Assembly: GCA_051362555.1 (NCBI GenBank)
Contig: CM120642.1
Span: forward strand, 25,420,001 to 25,484,000
Direction of reading: 5' to 3'
Length of the DNA: 64,000 nt
DNA from: Lingula anatina
Taxonomy: Eukaryota; Animalia; Brachiopoda
Below, one piece after another: positions 24,807 to 36,189 of this stretch (the stretch's first letter is position 1; each line of letters starts with the position of its first letter). The position numbers and the translations under genes were made by a program. The notes beneath the pieces are model-generated. The model was not told where the DNA came from. It worked only from the letters and a program-made list of their open reading frames with translations, and did no database searches.

Positions 24807-27624
24807 ATTCCAAAAGAAATTAGCATGTTTATTTGAAAAAGAGAAGAATATATTTAGAATTTGAATTGGAGTGCACGTACAGGAGATGAAAACTTTTCTG
24901 AAAGACTGCTGTCTTCTAGAATTATATGATCAGTTGCAAAACGTTTGTAAACAGAAATCTTACTTCTACCAGTTTTATTCATACTGTGCTGCGTTTGATC
25001 CTACGTTTTATTTAAATGTGGTCGCGAATCGCAATGGATTGTTTTTTTTCACACAAAATAAATCCTCGTTGTTAGGTTTAACTAGAAAAAAAATTTATTG
25101 TTGGTAAATCAGTGAATATTAAAACCAACAATCAGCTAGCAAAGGTGTGCTTATTATATCTTGTTTATAAAATTGTAATCGTGCATTTGCCGCTGTTTTG
25201 GAAGTTCGCGTCGCGCTTATCGCTTTTTTAATGATAAAAATTGCCAAGTAGAGTAAAAATATAAAATTTACAACTCTTAACTAGAGATATATGTCAGAAC
25301 AATTCTTGTTAGTTTAAATGTTTGAGCGACCAACATGCGACTCTGTCAATCGAGTATGCGACAAAAATTCTTACATATCGAAAATATCCGAGTCCTGCAT
25401 CTTGAATTTAATGACTTCATTGTTAATATATGAATTTATAATTTATTTAATGCTTAATTCGAATCGTTCCGTCATCACACCGAATTTTAAGTGTTGTTTT
25501 TCGTGGGGTGGGGGAATCAATAAAAAGGAGCACCCTTCTAAGAAATCCTGCAGCGGAATATACTGTATTTATTATGTAAGATTCTAGCGACTCTAATCCG
25601 ACTCGGGATAGTCTAAGTATCTAGGTTACACAACACCGCAGTTTTATTTCCAAAGCAAAAAAAAAAAAAAAAATTTTTTACTTGGATCAGCTTTATGCAA
25701 GAGATTTACATGACAGAAATAGCCAAATCTTAAATTAAGTTGAAGTGAGAAGGGGCAATTGAAAAGACTCCATTAAAATTCATTTGTAAGTCTGGTGATT
25801 ATTTTTCCATCTGTACACGCCTTCCGTTTTAACAAAAAGAAAAATTAGAGAATACAGTTTTATTCAGCTATTATAAACAGTAACATTCAATTTCAAAAGG
25901 TACTTCAGTAATCATTAATGAATCATGTAAACGCAATGTCTCAATAACAGATGCCCTCGGGCCGTGGGGAAAAACCCGTCTAAACCCTTCGTGGGGAATG
26001 CCGGGAAAATGCCTAAGCCCGGATACTTCAATCTTTTTAAGATCATAACTACAGTTTTTTTATTGGCACGGCGCCATACAGTTCATATATATCGTCCCGT
26101 TTTAGACAGCATGGTGCAACTGAAAAAACTCTCGTGACTACAAACTGTTTTCTATATACACTATACTGGTACACAAGATGAAGCACAAGAATTTATCAAA
26201 GTACATGTAATTCCTGCTTAAAAGAGGTAGTGAAGACAAGACATTTACTAGTCTTAACAATTAAACTGAGGCTTATTTTAACTTCATCCAGAGGGATGAA
26301 GACATAAATAAAGAAACTCGATCCTTTTACAACTGAAAGCATATATCAAAACTTGGATATAGTTCTCTCTCATGATAAAATATATAAAAGTTCAGGTAAT
26401 ATGATAATTACCCAGACATATCAATAAACTTTGACATATAACTGAATAGAAGTTTCTGAAATGTAATTTTGCCCTGAAATCGCAACTATCTGTATGATAC
26501 AAGTAAAAATATAAGCAAGCTTGCTTCGACATATTCCACTTTTCACATTACACTGTATGACCGTCCATGCAAATTTCAATATGAATTTTTGGGTCCGGAG
26601 AAAAAAAGGTGCATGTATGATGAACTGGATATATTTGTCAACTATAACACTTGAGAAAATCATAATATTAGTAATATTAGTAATGTGCGATCCTCAATCA
26701 TGAGAGATGACTGTGTGCACCCAGCCATCCCTCACGAGGAGCCGTGTACAAAAATTATAATGAAATATTTTCTCAAACGTAAAATATTTAATTATAGATT
26801 TTGCACACACTATCAATGTAAAACCTCTTCATGTAAAAGCATTTACATCAAGTCGGATTTTACAAAGATGTGAGGGTTAGTTGAGGTAAGTGTGCGGATT
26901 ATGATCTTCTCAAACGCTATACTGACGAACAACTCCACATCATCAAAAGCATAAATATAAAAAATGACTACATCACGAATATTGAAATAAAACACAGACG
27001 ACCATAAGTGGTGGCAATACCAATGCTTTGCGAGCGAAAACCTATTCAATTTTAAATCTTAATAACTGTTGTTGAGGCAGACTTGAAATATTCACTCAGA
27101 ACTACAATTCATTTTATTCAATTGAACATTTATGGAATAATAAATGATCATAATGAATTTCAGTTTTCTCCTAAGCCATTGAAATGAAAGTTTCACTATC
27201 ATAAGTGAAAAAATAAAACTTACTGAATACAATTACAACCGACTCATATCTGTGACCCTTGAAACTCAACAATTCTCCATATATAAAATACTTGGGTACA
27301 TTATTCGATTGTATATCTCTTGCATTCAGTAAATTGCTCGTCATTACCATTCCACATTCTCTAAACAAGACAAGCTGTGTCTTTAAAAACCAAGACTGCT
27401 AGGACGTCCGATCATCAATGAAAGTGGCTACAAGGGCTCGTTGCTAGCGCCATTAAGTGTTTCGCATCTTGAACATTTGGGCTAGGATTGGTGGTATCTG
27501 CGTTCGTATTTTCCCGGAAAAGTGCCCTTTCGTAGCCTACAAATGAAATGTAGCATGGTATTAAAAGTAATTGAAAGCTTGCAGTAATTGCAACAAAGAA
27601 CACGGATTTGTTAAAAATAATATA

Positions 27625-29952
27625 AAAATGCAATCCAGTACAGTTTTATTAAAATTTGTATTCGGACCAGTGAATCCCGACTCAGACCAGTAGTTTTTAG
27701 GAAAGTTAAGGTATGAATGGCCAGCGAGGTGAAAAGTTTATGGCAAAGACTACAACTGAAAAAACATTTTAGTCTATTTCTCTCCCCAATAACACGAGTT
27801 ACCTTTGAGGGTTTTCCTATTCAGTGAAATACCATATGGCTTGGACGCTTCCCCAATGCAGCCACCTCGTAGACAGACCATGGCAGGACTCGCCGGACGC
27901 TTTTCCAATGCAGCTACCTCGTAGACAGGTTATGGCAGGACTCGCTGGACGCTTCCCCAATGCAGCCACCTCGTAGACAGGTTATGGCAGGACTCCCTGG
28001 ACGCTTCCCCAATGCAGCCACCTCGTAGACAGACCATGGCAGAGTCGCTGGACGTTTCCTCAATGCAGCCACCTCGTAGAAGTCTATGGTAGGACTTGCT
28101 GCACCAAAGATTGATCGAAGTAGCTGAAGTGTAGATGTGGCCCTCTTCTCCTTGCAGTTGTCAGTGGGAGCTCTATCGCCATAATCGAGTTCTGTTAAAA
28201 GAAAGAAATTCGGATTATGACTTTTCCTACCTATGTGGGCACTCTGCATTCAGGCTTACCTTTAGGGTTTTCCATCTTAGTAAAACACCACATGGCTTGG
28301 ACGCTTCCCCAATGCAGTCACCTCGTAGCAGCCACCTCGTAGACAGACCATGGCAGGACTCGGTGGACACTTCCCAAATGCAGCCACCTTGTAGACAGAC
28401 CATGACAGGACTCGGTGGACACTTCCCAAATGCAGACACCTCGTAGACAGACTATGACAGAGTCGCTGGCACCAAGGATTGATCGAAGTTGCTGAAGCAT
28501 AGATATGGCCCTCATCTCATTGCAGTTGTCAGTGGGAGCTCTATCGAGAATCGCCATAATGGAGTTCTGTTTAAAGGAAGAAAATCGGATTAACTTTTGA
28601 TTTGATTTAATTTTTAATGTAACTGTCACATCCTTATTCTATCTAAAAATGTAAAGAATTTGTTAATAATAATGAGAATAATATTAAAATGCAATCCAGT
28701 CCAGTTCTATTAAAATTTGTATTCGGACCAGTGAATCCTGACTCAGACCAGTAGTTTTTAGGAAAGTTGAGGTATGAATGGCCAGCGAGGTGTTAAAGTT
28801 TATGGCAAAAACTGCAACTGAAACAACATTTTAGTCTATTTCTCTCCCCAATAACACGAGTTACCTTTGAGGGTTTTCCATCTCAGTGAAACATCATATG
28901 CCTTGGACGCTTCCCCAATGCAGCCACCTCGTAGACAGACCATGGCAGGACTCGCTGGACGCTTCCCCAATGCGGCCACCTCGTAGACAGACCATGGCAG
29001 AACTTGCTGGCACCAAGGATTGATCGAAGTAGCTGAATCATAGATGTGGCCCTCTTCTCCTTGCAGTTGTCAGTGGGAGCTCTATCGCCATAATCTAGTT
29101 CTGTTAAAAGAAAGAAATTTGGATTAATGACTTTTCCTACCTATGTGAGCGCTCTGCATTCAGGCTTACCTTGAGGGTTTTCCACTTAGTGAAACACCAC
29201 GTGGCTTGGACGCTTCCCCAATGCAGTCACCTCGTAGCAGCCACCTCGTAGACAGACCATGGCAGGACTCGTTGGCACCAATGATTGATCGAAGTAGCTG
29301 AAGTGTAGATATGGCCCTCTTCTCCTTGCAGTTGTCAGTGGGAGCTCTATCGAGAATCGCCATCATCGAGTTCTGTTAAAAGAAAGAAATTCGGATTAAT
29401 GACTTTTCCTACCTATGTGAGCACTCTGCATTCAGGCTTACCTTTAGGGTTTTCCATCTTAGTGAAACACTATATGGCTTGGACGCTTCCCCAGTGCAGC
29501 CAACTCTTAGACACACCATGGCAGGACTCGCTGGCACCAAGGGTTGATCGAAGTAGCTGAAGTGTAGATATGGCCCTCTTCTCCTTGCAGTTGTCAGTGT
29601 GAGCTCTATCGAGTTCTGTTAAAAGAAAGAAATTTGGATAAATGACTTTTCCTACCTATGTGAGCATTCTGCATTCAGGCTTACCTTTCAGGCTTACCTT
29701 TTTCCAACTTAGTGAAACACCACATAGCTTGGACGCTTACCCCAATGCAGCCAACTCGTAGACACACCATGACAGGACTCGCTGGCACCATAGAAGTAGA
29801 GAAAACTTCTATGCTGGCACCAAGGGTTGATCGAAGTAGCTGAAGTGTAGATATGGCCCTCCTCTCCTTGCAGTTGTCAGTGGGAGCTCTATCGCCATAA
29901 TCGAGTTCTGTTAAAAGAAAGAAAAGCGGATTAATGACTTTTCCTACCTATG
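27625..29952 (-). repeat. Complex tandem array of six units of about 240-450 bp, each with an acceptor and a donor, plus internal 52-bp subrepeats
   Basis: Minus-strand acceptor tttcttttaacag at about 28192, 28567, 29101, 29373, 29615 and 29908. Donor aag|gtaa at about 27801, 28258, 28863, 29168, 29440 and 29683/29696. The 52-bp unit ggacgcttccccaatgcagccacctcgtagacagaccatggcaggactcgct occurs about 5 times at 27843-28100. Segment 27625-27830 is duplicated at 28686-28880. Confidence 0.9.
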
Positions 29953-30293
29953 TATGTAATAGGAAGCCTGGAATGCATGCAAATATATGCAATGACACTA
30001 CAACAACAGAAGTCCACAACAACAGAAAGTCGATGATGCATCCTGCGAAGATTCCTGAGCGACGATTCCTTGTGGAAAAAAGCGAAGGTTTTAGCCGGCC
30101 AGCTTAGAGAAACGTCGAATCCATCGTCCAGACGACTGCGTGTGCAAGAAACGACATGTCGATGAGCGATGCGTTGACTTGGGACGAAGAAAAGATTCGG
30201 TGAAATATGAGTCGACTCCGGTGTCCTTTTTTCTTGATACGGGGCGCAGTGCATGGCATCGATCCTTCTTGTTGCTCCAGATCTGTCTGCGTT

Positions 30294-30328
30294 GAATGAA
30301 CGCAATTTCAAAAATTCGCGCTTTTATA
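30294..30328 (-). promoter_or_regulatory. TATA box plus initiator core promoter pointing into the tandem array
   Basis: Minus-strand TATAAAAG at 30328-30321 and TCATTC (Inr) at 30299-30294, placing the TATA at about -31. Confidence 0.5.
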
Positions 30329-31257
30329 CCTTCAGTGATATAAAAAGTCACATGGTGGCGTTCTTGGTCAACTTGTTCATAGGGGTCGGCGTTTGATAGT
30401 GATGCCCATAATTGATTTTAATATCTTTTTAACATACACATTTTATTAACTATTTTTATTTTGATTATGCTGTTTATTATTTTATTTTATAATAAGAGTA
30501 ATAAGCACTAAGCAGTGACTTCGAAATGTACAGTTAAATTTGATGACAATTTCTGAGCAATATACCTTCTCCCCAAAATTATGATAGGCCCGATGTCCGT
30601 TAAACTGGTACAGGTAGCCGCGAACTTCTCGCAGGCCACTATAGAACGTGTGTATTCGAACACTGATCCAAAATGCGGATAATGTAATAGGGCGTAGGGT
30701 GACTGCATTTTCGAGACAGCATGATTGTTTTGATTGTAGTGAATTGTAGTGAGTCAATTGAAACTACACTGGACTTAGCATATACAGCCACTCCAGTACT
30801 CTAAAACATATTTTGTAATCAATTGAGTTGTTATTCTTTAAAATGAAAAACAAGTTATTGTGATTTTACGAAACGAAAGAAAGCAGCAGTAGGTCACACG
30901 AAAAATCTTGATTAATTTATATCAGGCAGCAGAAACAATTAAATGAATTAACAACGGACGCCTCCATTCAAATGTGCCAGCAAAATAATTGTGCATCTCG
31001 TAACCCCTTAAGAGCAGTCTAATTTTTGTTAGTATGAATAACGCGCGAATATTAACCAAAATGGTTGTTTTTTAAACCTTCTTTACTGAATATGAAACTT
31101 TCCATACCAGCAAGGCATGAATCGGAAAATGTTTGCATTATTATGCAAAAAGCTAGTTTTAACACTTTCTGTCACAATAGGTTTAGAAACAGGAGAATAC
31201 GCGACCCCATCCTTCCCGCTACTCGACACTCCAGATAGAAAAACGTTTCACACACAC

Positions 31258-31312
<55 letters not shown>

Positions 31313-32017
31313 ACTGCTATTTCCACCTTGGAATTAGAATTTATAGTCAAAACCTTTCCAAATGGCACTGTTTGACCTCCAAAACACTCCAAGAGGCCCG
31401 AGGGTCGGCTTGGCATCCGAGGGCTGTCTGAAAAGTTGGACCCCTCCCCCTTCAAATCCGCCCCTGAGAAAGGCACTATTTTACGTCAGGACCTCGTTTT
31501 ACTAAAGAACAACTTTAACCTTCGGGTTGGAATTTAACTGAATGAACTCAATTATCCTTATAAAGAACTTTATAATATAAAACAACTTTAACCCCAATTT
31601 ATCCTCGACTTTCATATCGAAATGAGTTCGATTTTAGAGTAAAATAAATCCATACTAGTTTGCTTCATTAAAGTAAGTAATGGTCTAAGGGTTGTTATTT
31701 CCAAATTATAAATTGCGTTATTCTTTTGTGAACAGATTTTTTTCAGTGATCTTGAAGTAATATTATTATTATTATTATCGTGGCATTTTCCATCATTCGG
31801 TTAGCAATATAACCGCCTTTTCTTGCGAATTTTAACAGGACTGGGATTAAAATTACTCTGAATTATTTTATTTTTTAATTCGAATTGTTAATTTCTAAAT
31901 TCCCAGAAAAATGTTCTGTTTCTCTCCTGCAATTGGATTTTTTTCAACAAAATTAAATTCATTATTTATCAAAAGCCGGCTCTCAGTTTTACTATCTATT
32001 ATACTAGAAACATATTG

Positions 32018-32060
32018 TGACGTCACAGTAATATCCAAGATATGACGTACCGTCCGGAAA
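32018..32060 (+). promoter_or_regulatory. CRE/ETS promoter cluster upstream of the orphan gene
   Basis: TGACGTCA at 32018-32025, TGACGTA at 32043-32049 and CCGGAAA at 32054-32060, about 100 bp before the ATG at 32163. Confidence 0.5.
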
Positions 32061-32162
32061 CGTAAACATTCAGTTGAGGACTGAGATCGACAACGTCAAG
32101 ACGTGTATTTTCGTATCTCCTCAATATTTTTTAATCGGTCAAATTGTATTCAAATCTTCCAA

Positions 32163-34745
32163 ATGCCCGTACTGTGTGAGCCTTTTAACACAGCTTGGAG
32201 AAGAACGCGCGAAAGATTCAGCCATGCAAGCCAATTTATTAGGCAGAGGCTAAGAAGAAGAAGAGTTAATCCAAACTCTCGAGCTCCCTCTCCTATGCCT
32301 GCTGCCCCACCTCCCAGCCCGACTCCAGCAGGGAAGGTAAAGAAGCCTGGGTTTTGTTTTCGTTACAATTTACGTGTATCTTTATGTTTTACCGTTTGAA
32401 CCAAATTTTCGCAGCTCTTCATCCTTCATCCTCTTCATCCTCATCCCCCCCACCAATTATCTTGCAACTCTACTGTTCCGTACTATTTACTTGTTTCCAT
32501 AACTAATTCGACATTGTTTTAGATTATCATATTTGTTCCAGTTTTGGATTTTTGTGAAGGTGATTCAACGTTTTTCCTTTGTTTTTTCATTTGTCGTTTT
32601 TAAAATAGGCCTATATGTATGTGCACATATAGGGATCCTGTAGGTGTAGGCGTATATATTAACTAGATATAAGTGCTAGTTTCTGTAGCTAGACAGCAAA
32701 ACGATGGTTATTTTATATCCCAATGACCATTAAGAACCATTAAGTATTAAGTATTAAGAAACATTAAGTATTACCTCGCGTTCTTTATGTGAAAAAGTTT
32801 TGTAAAACAGTAGGGAAGGGGGGGGGGGGGGGGCTGGCTGGCACATCTCAACACAATCGATTGAATTCGAAACCATGGCTTAAAATGACAGCGAAGCAAT
32901 GTTGATTAAAGATGGCGGCAGTGCCGAAGGTGGTTTGGTCACTCATACCACTTGCTGTTTTCCCGCATTTACTGTGTGGCAGAATAATGAGAGGGATGAT
33001 ATTACAAAATTTGTGATGATAGCATCAGAGTGAGCTCAAGATAATTACTCGATTTCGTATTCTGCAGCCAAAATGGAGCTGGCATTTACCTGGGGATTGG
33101 AATTCAAATCGGAAACTGAGGAAAGTTGATCTAGAAGCTACTGATAAACGAAAGCGTCCTGCTGGCCAAGCGTGGACCATTCAAAGCAAGGATGCCAGAC
33201 CTGCCACCCCAGGCCCTAGGAGGTAAACAAAGATTTAAACACTTGATTGATTCATCATTTCTGAAACATAGTCAGTGTATTAGTGTCTGCTTACAGCATA
33301 AAATTGCCCCCCCCTCCATCCTTCTGTTGAAATGCTAGGTCTGCCCCAGTTTAACTCTATTATAATAAATATGTGGATATCCAGGGCGGATCCAGAGATA
33401 TTTTCTGACAGTCTTCCAAATTAACTTTTTTTGATCCATCCTGCATTTTTGACCGTCTTCCAACAGAAAAATGAGATACCGGTTAATGCAAACTTGAAAA
33501 TCTGACCGTCTTCCAGGAGACCAAGAAGACGGCCTAAACCCGCCCCTGATATCTCGGTGACAGATCAGTTGAATAGAAATATGTTCTCTCAAATTTATTT
33601 GAACATTTCTAGGCTGAGAAGGCCTGAGACTGCTGCTAGAAGACGAACCCAAGATGAGATTGAGAAAGAACATGAAGAAAGACTTAAGAAGAAACAAGAA
33701 TCTTTGCACCAGATTGCTGAGGAAATTAGGGCAAAAAATAAGAAAGCATCTTTGGTATGTATTGCGTTTTTATTATTTCTTGACCTATCTTTGATGACCT
33801 ACATAAATTCATGATTAACAAACTAGGAATTAAGTTTTGTAACTTTTAAGTAATTAAATTAATCAAAATTATCCAGTGTGGGTGGAGATATTTTATCTGC
33901 TATGGCGACCCTGAGAAGGGACAGGCTCAAAAGACAAAGAAGAAGAAAGATAATCCTGTTTTAATATGTTTCAAATGCCCAGTGGTTGAAAATTACATAT
34001 ATGTAGTACTGAACAACACATATTACCCAGGCCTTAGGGACCATTCCCAGACCGTATTGTACTAACTGTGGATCAGTCTATTTCAGAGGGGATTCTCGCT
34101 AAATTGCTATCAACTTAAGCAGCTTAAATGTTTTCCACGCCTATGGAAGCTGCTAGGGGGTATTTAAGTATCTTTTAGCAGGTTCAGTAGGCCTGCCAGA
34201 CATCTAAGCACTTAAGCTGAAAGCAATTTAACGAGAAACCCCTTGGAGATGGATTGCTCCTGTTCGACTGATATAGGCATGGGAACCCAGTCTTAAATTC
34301 TGCAAGCATAGAGTATAAATTTCCAAATTCCAGACACAGCTGTCAAATTTGAATTACTTTCAGGCATTCAAGGACAAAGCTGCCCAGCAACAAACAGACA
34401 AAATCAAGAGTGCTATGGTCACTGTTAATCAAAAGCAAGTACGCTTTGAAGAGCGCCAGCGTCAGCTCCTGGATGAAAAACGTCGCAAGCGTGCTAAAGA
34501 AGAAGAGAAAAGACAAAAGGTAACATATATTTTTTATAATCATTTAAATAAAGCATGTGTGTCATGTATGCTTATTTTGCTTGTCCAGAACAGTTACTTT
34601 TTTTTCAGGCTTTAATCTGTAGTTAGTTTTGATGATCAAAGGCAGCCAATATTTGATGTGAACCAAAAGGGCATTTAAGGAGATGTAATGTTTTAAAATC
34701 ATTCTGTATATAGTTTGTATGTTTGCATGTATGGTTGTGCTTGCT

Positions 34746-34780
<35 letters not shown>

Positions 34781-36178
34781 GTTTGCTCGTGCATGACTGT
34801 GAATAAGAGTCTTGCCTTTTCGTTTTTTATCTGATGGCTCCTCTTGTTGTAAATGATGTGCTCTTTAAGTGTTTGCTAATATTTTGTAGGTCTTTGATAG
34901 AAAAGCAAAGCTGATTAGGCGGCCAGCTGAAGATGCAGCAAAAGTTGCTGAAAGCTCATCCGAGGAACTCCTCGGGGCTGTTGGAGGTCGCTCACCAACC
35001 CCACCCCCAACCCCCAGGAGGGTGCTGCCTGCCAGACTCCCCAAATTAGAGCACACTCCATTACTGCCTCTTAAGCATGTTGGCACCAGTGAAAATGGTG
35101 TCCTGGAGAATCCTTTGGGTTCTGCCTCCTTGCCCAACGAGGCTGCTACTGAGGATCATGGCATTCAGGAACAGCCAAGAGCTGCAGCTGGCAAAGCAGC
35201 AGCCAGCAAGAAGAACAAGCAAAGCAAGAGCAAGAAGGGTGAGAAAGCTTTGCCAAAGAAGAAGACCTGTAGCAACCTTGATTGCCCACACCACTATCCC
35301 CAGGTAAACACCACCAGTGTGACCAGTATGCCTGAAGTGGACACCACTGGCATCAGGCAGAGACCACCTGTCACAGTGACCAGTATGCCTGAAGTGGACA
35401 CAACTGGCATCAGGCAGAGACCACCTGTCACTGTGGCCAGTATGCCTGAAGTGGACACCACTGGCATGAGCCAGAAACTGCCTGTCTCTGCTCAGACCAG
35501 CATTGAAATAGCCCCAGCTGTCAAAGCTTACTTGATCAAGGTGCGTGAGAGTGAGGTCTGTGTGGACAATGTTGGTCCAAAGATCATCCAAGTCCGGGAG
35601 AGCAAAGTGAAAGTGGATACAACCGTAGGTAAGAAAGTTGTTGTTTAGTGGATCCATTGTGTGTACGTCATGTTGCTATTGAAAAGAATCCTACACGGTT
35701 CATCATTCCATATGAGTGGAGTTTGCAACTCTGAATGGGTATTGAAATTTTTTGTGTCAGTTGGACAGTATCAGATTGTTTCCTTTATCTAAAATTTATT
35801 CTAATCCGGCATGTGCCATTATTTAATATATTTATTCAGTTGGATTTCTATATTTAGAAATGTTTTCATTAAGATAGTTTGATGAGATTCAAACCATTTC
35901 ATTAGGATACAAATAGAGCTATACCTACAGTGTACCTGAACACAAATAGATTTTATTTGTGGTTTTGCCTTTTTTTTGATGTTTGAAGTAAAGGGACACC
36001 TTTGTATGTTTTTTTCACTTCTTTTACCCCAGATAAAGCTGAAGAGGAGTTTGATACTTATTCCATCTCTCGTGCCTCCACCACTGGGAGTACTGGCAGT
36101 GCTGTCTGGGACTGTGAGCCTCCTGAGAACCGCCGTGCTGAAAACATGACTCCAACAGAGGAAGAATTCTATGGATAA
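32163..36178 (+). CDS. Uncharacterised basic/coiled-coil protein, possibly stathmin-domain-like, 6 exons, about 503 aa
   Basis: Exons 32163-32336, 33068-33222, 33613-33754, 34364-34519, 34890-35628, 36033-36178; all GT-AG and phase-consistent (1512 nt). Charged helical core RTQDEIEKEHEERLKKKQESL...EERQRQLLDEKRRKRAKEEEKRQKV and a 19-aa repeat x3. Confidence 0.75.
33382..33548 (+). mobile_element. hAT-like MITE in an intron
   Basis: cagggcgga...cccgcccctg termini, with a related copy at 24270-24478. Confidence 0.65.
34037..34292. mobile_element. MITE family B copy
   Basis: Closely matches 21169-21428. Confidence 0.8.
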
Positions 36179-36189
36179 GAAAATATATA

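Noticed and set aside
27843-28100. 52-bp repeats considered as a CRISPR array or as HDV-like ribozymes (gccacctcgt)
   Set aside because: There are no unique spacers or cas genes and the DNA is eukaryotic. The bases after acctcgt cannot close a P3 helix.
31117-31476. Poly-Lys and poly-Phe ORFs (also 49546-49731)
   Set aside because: They are translations of poly-A tracts.
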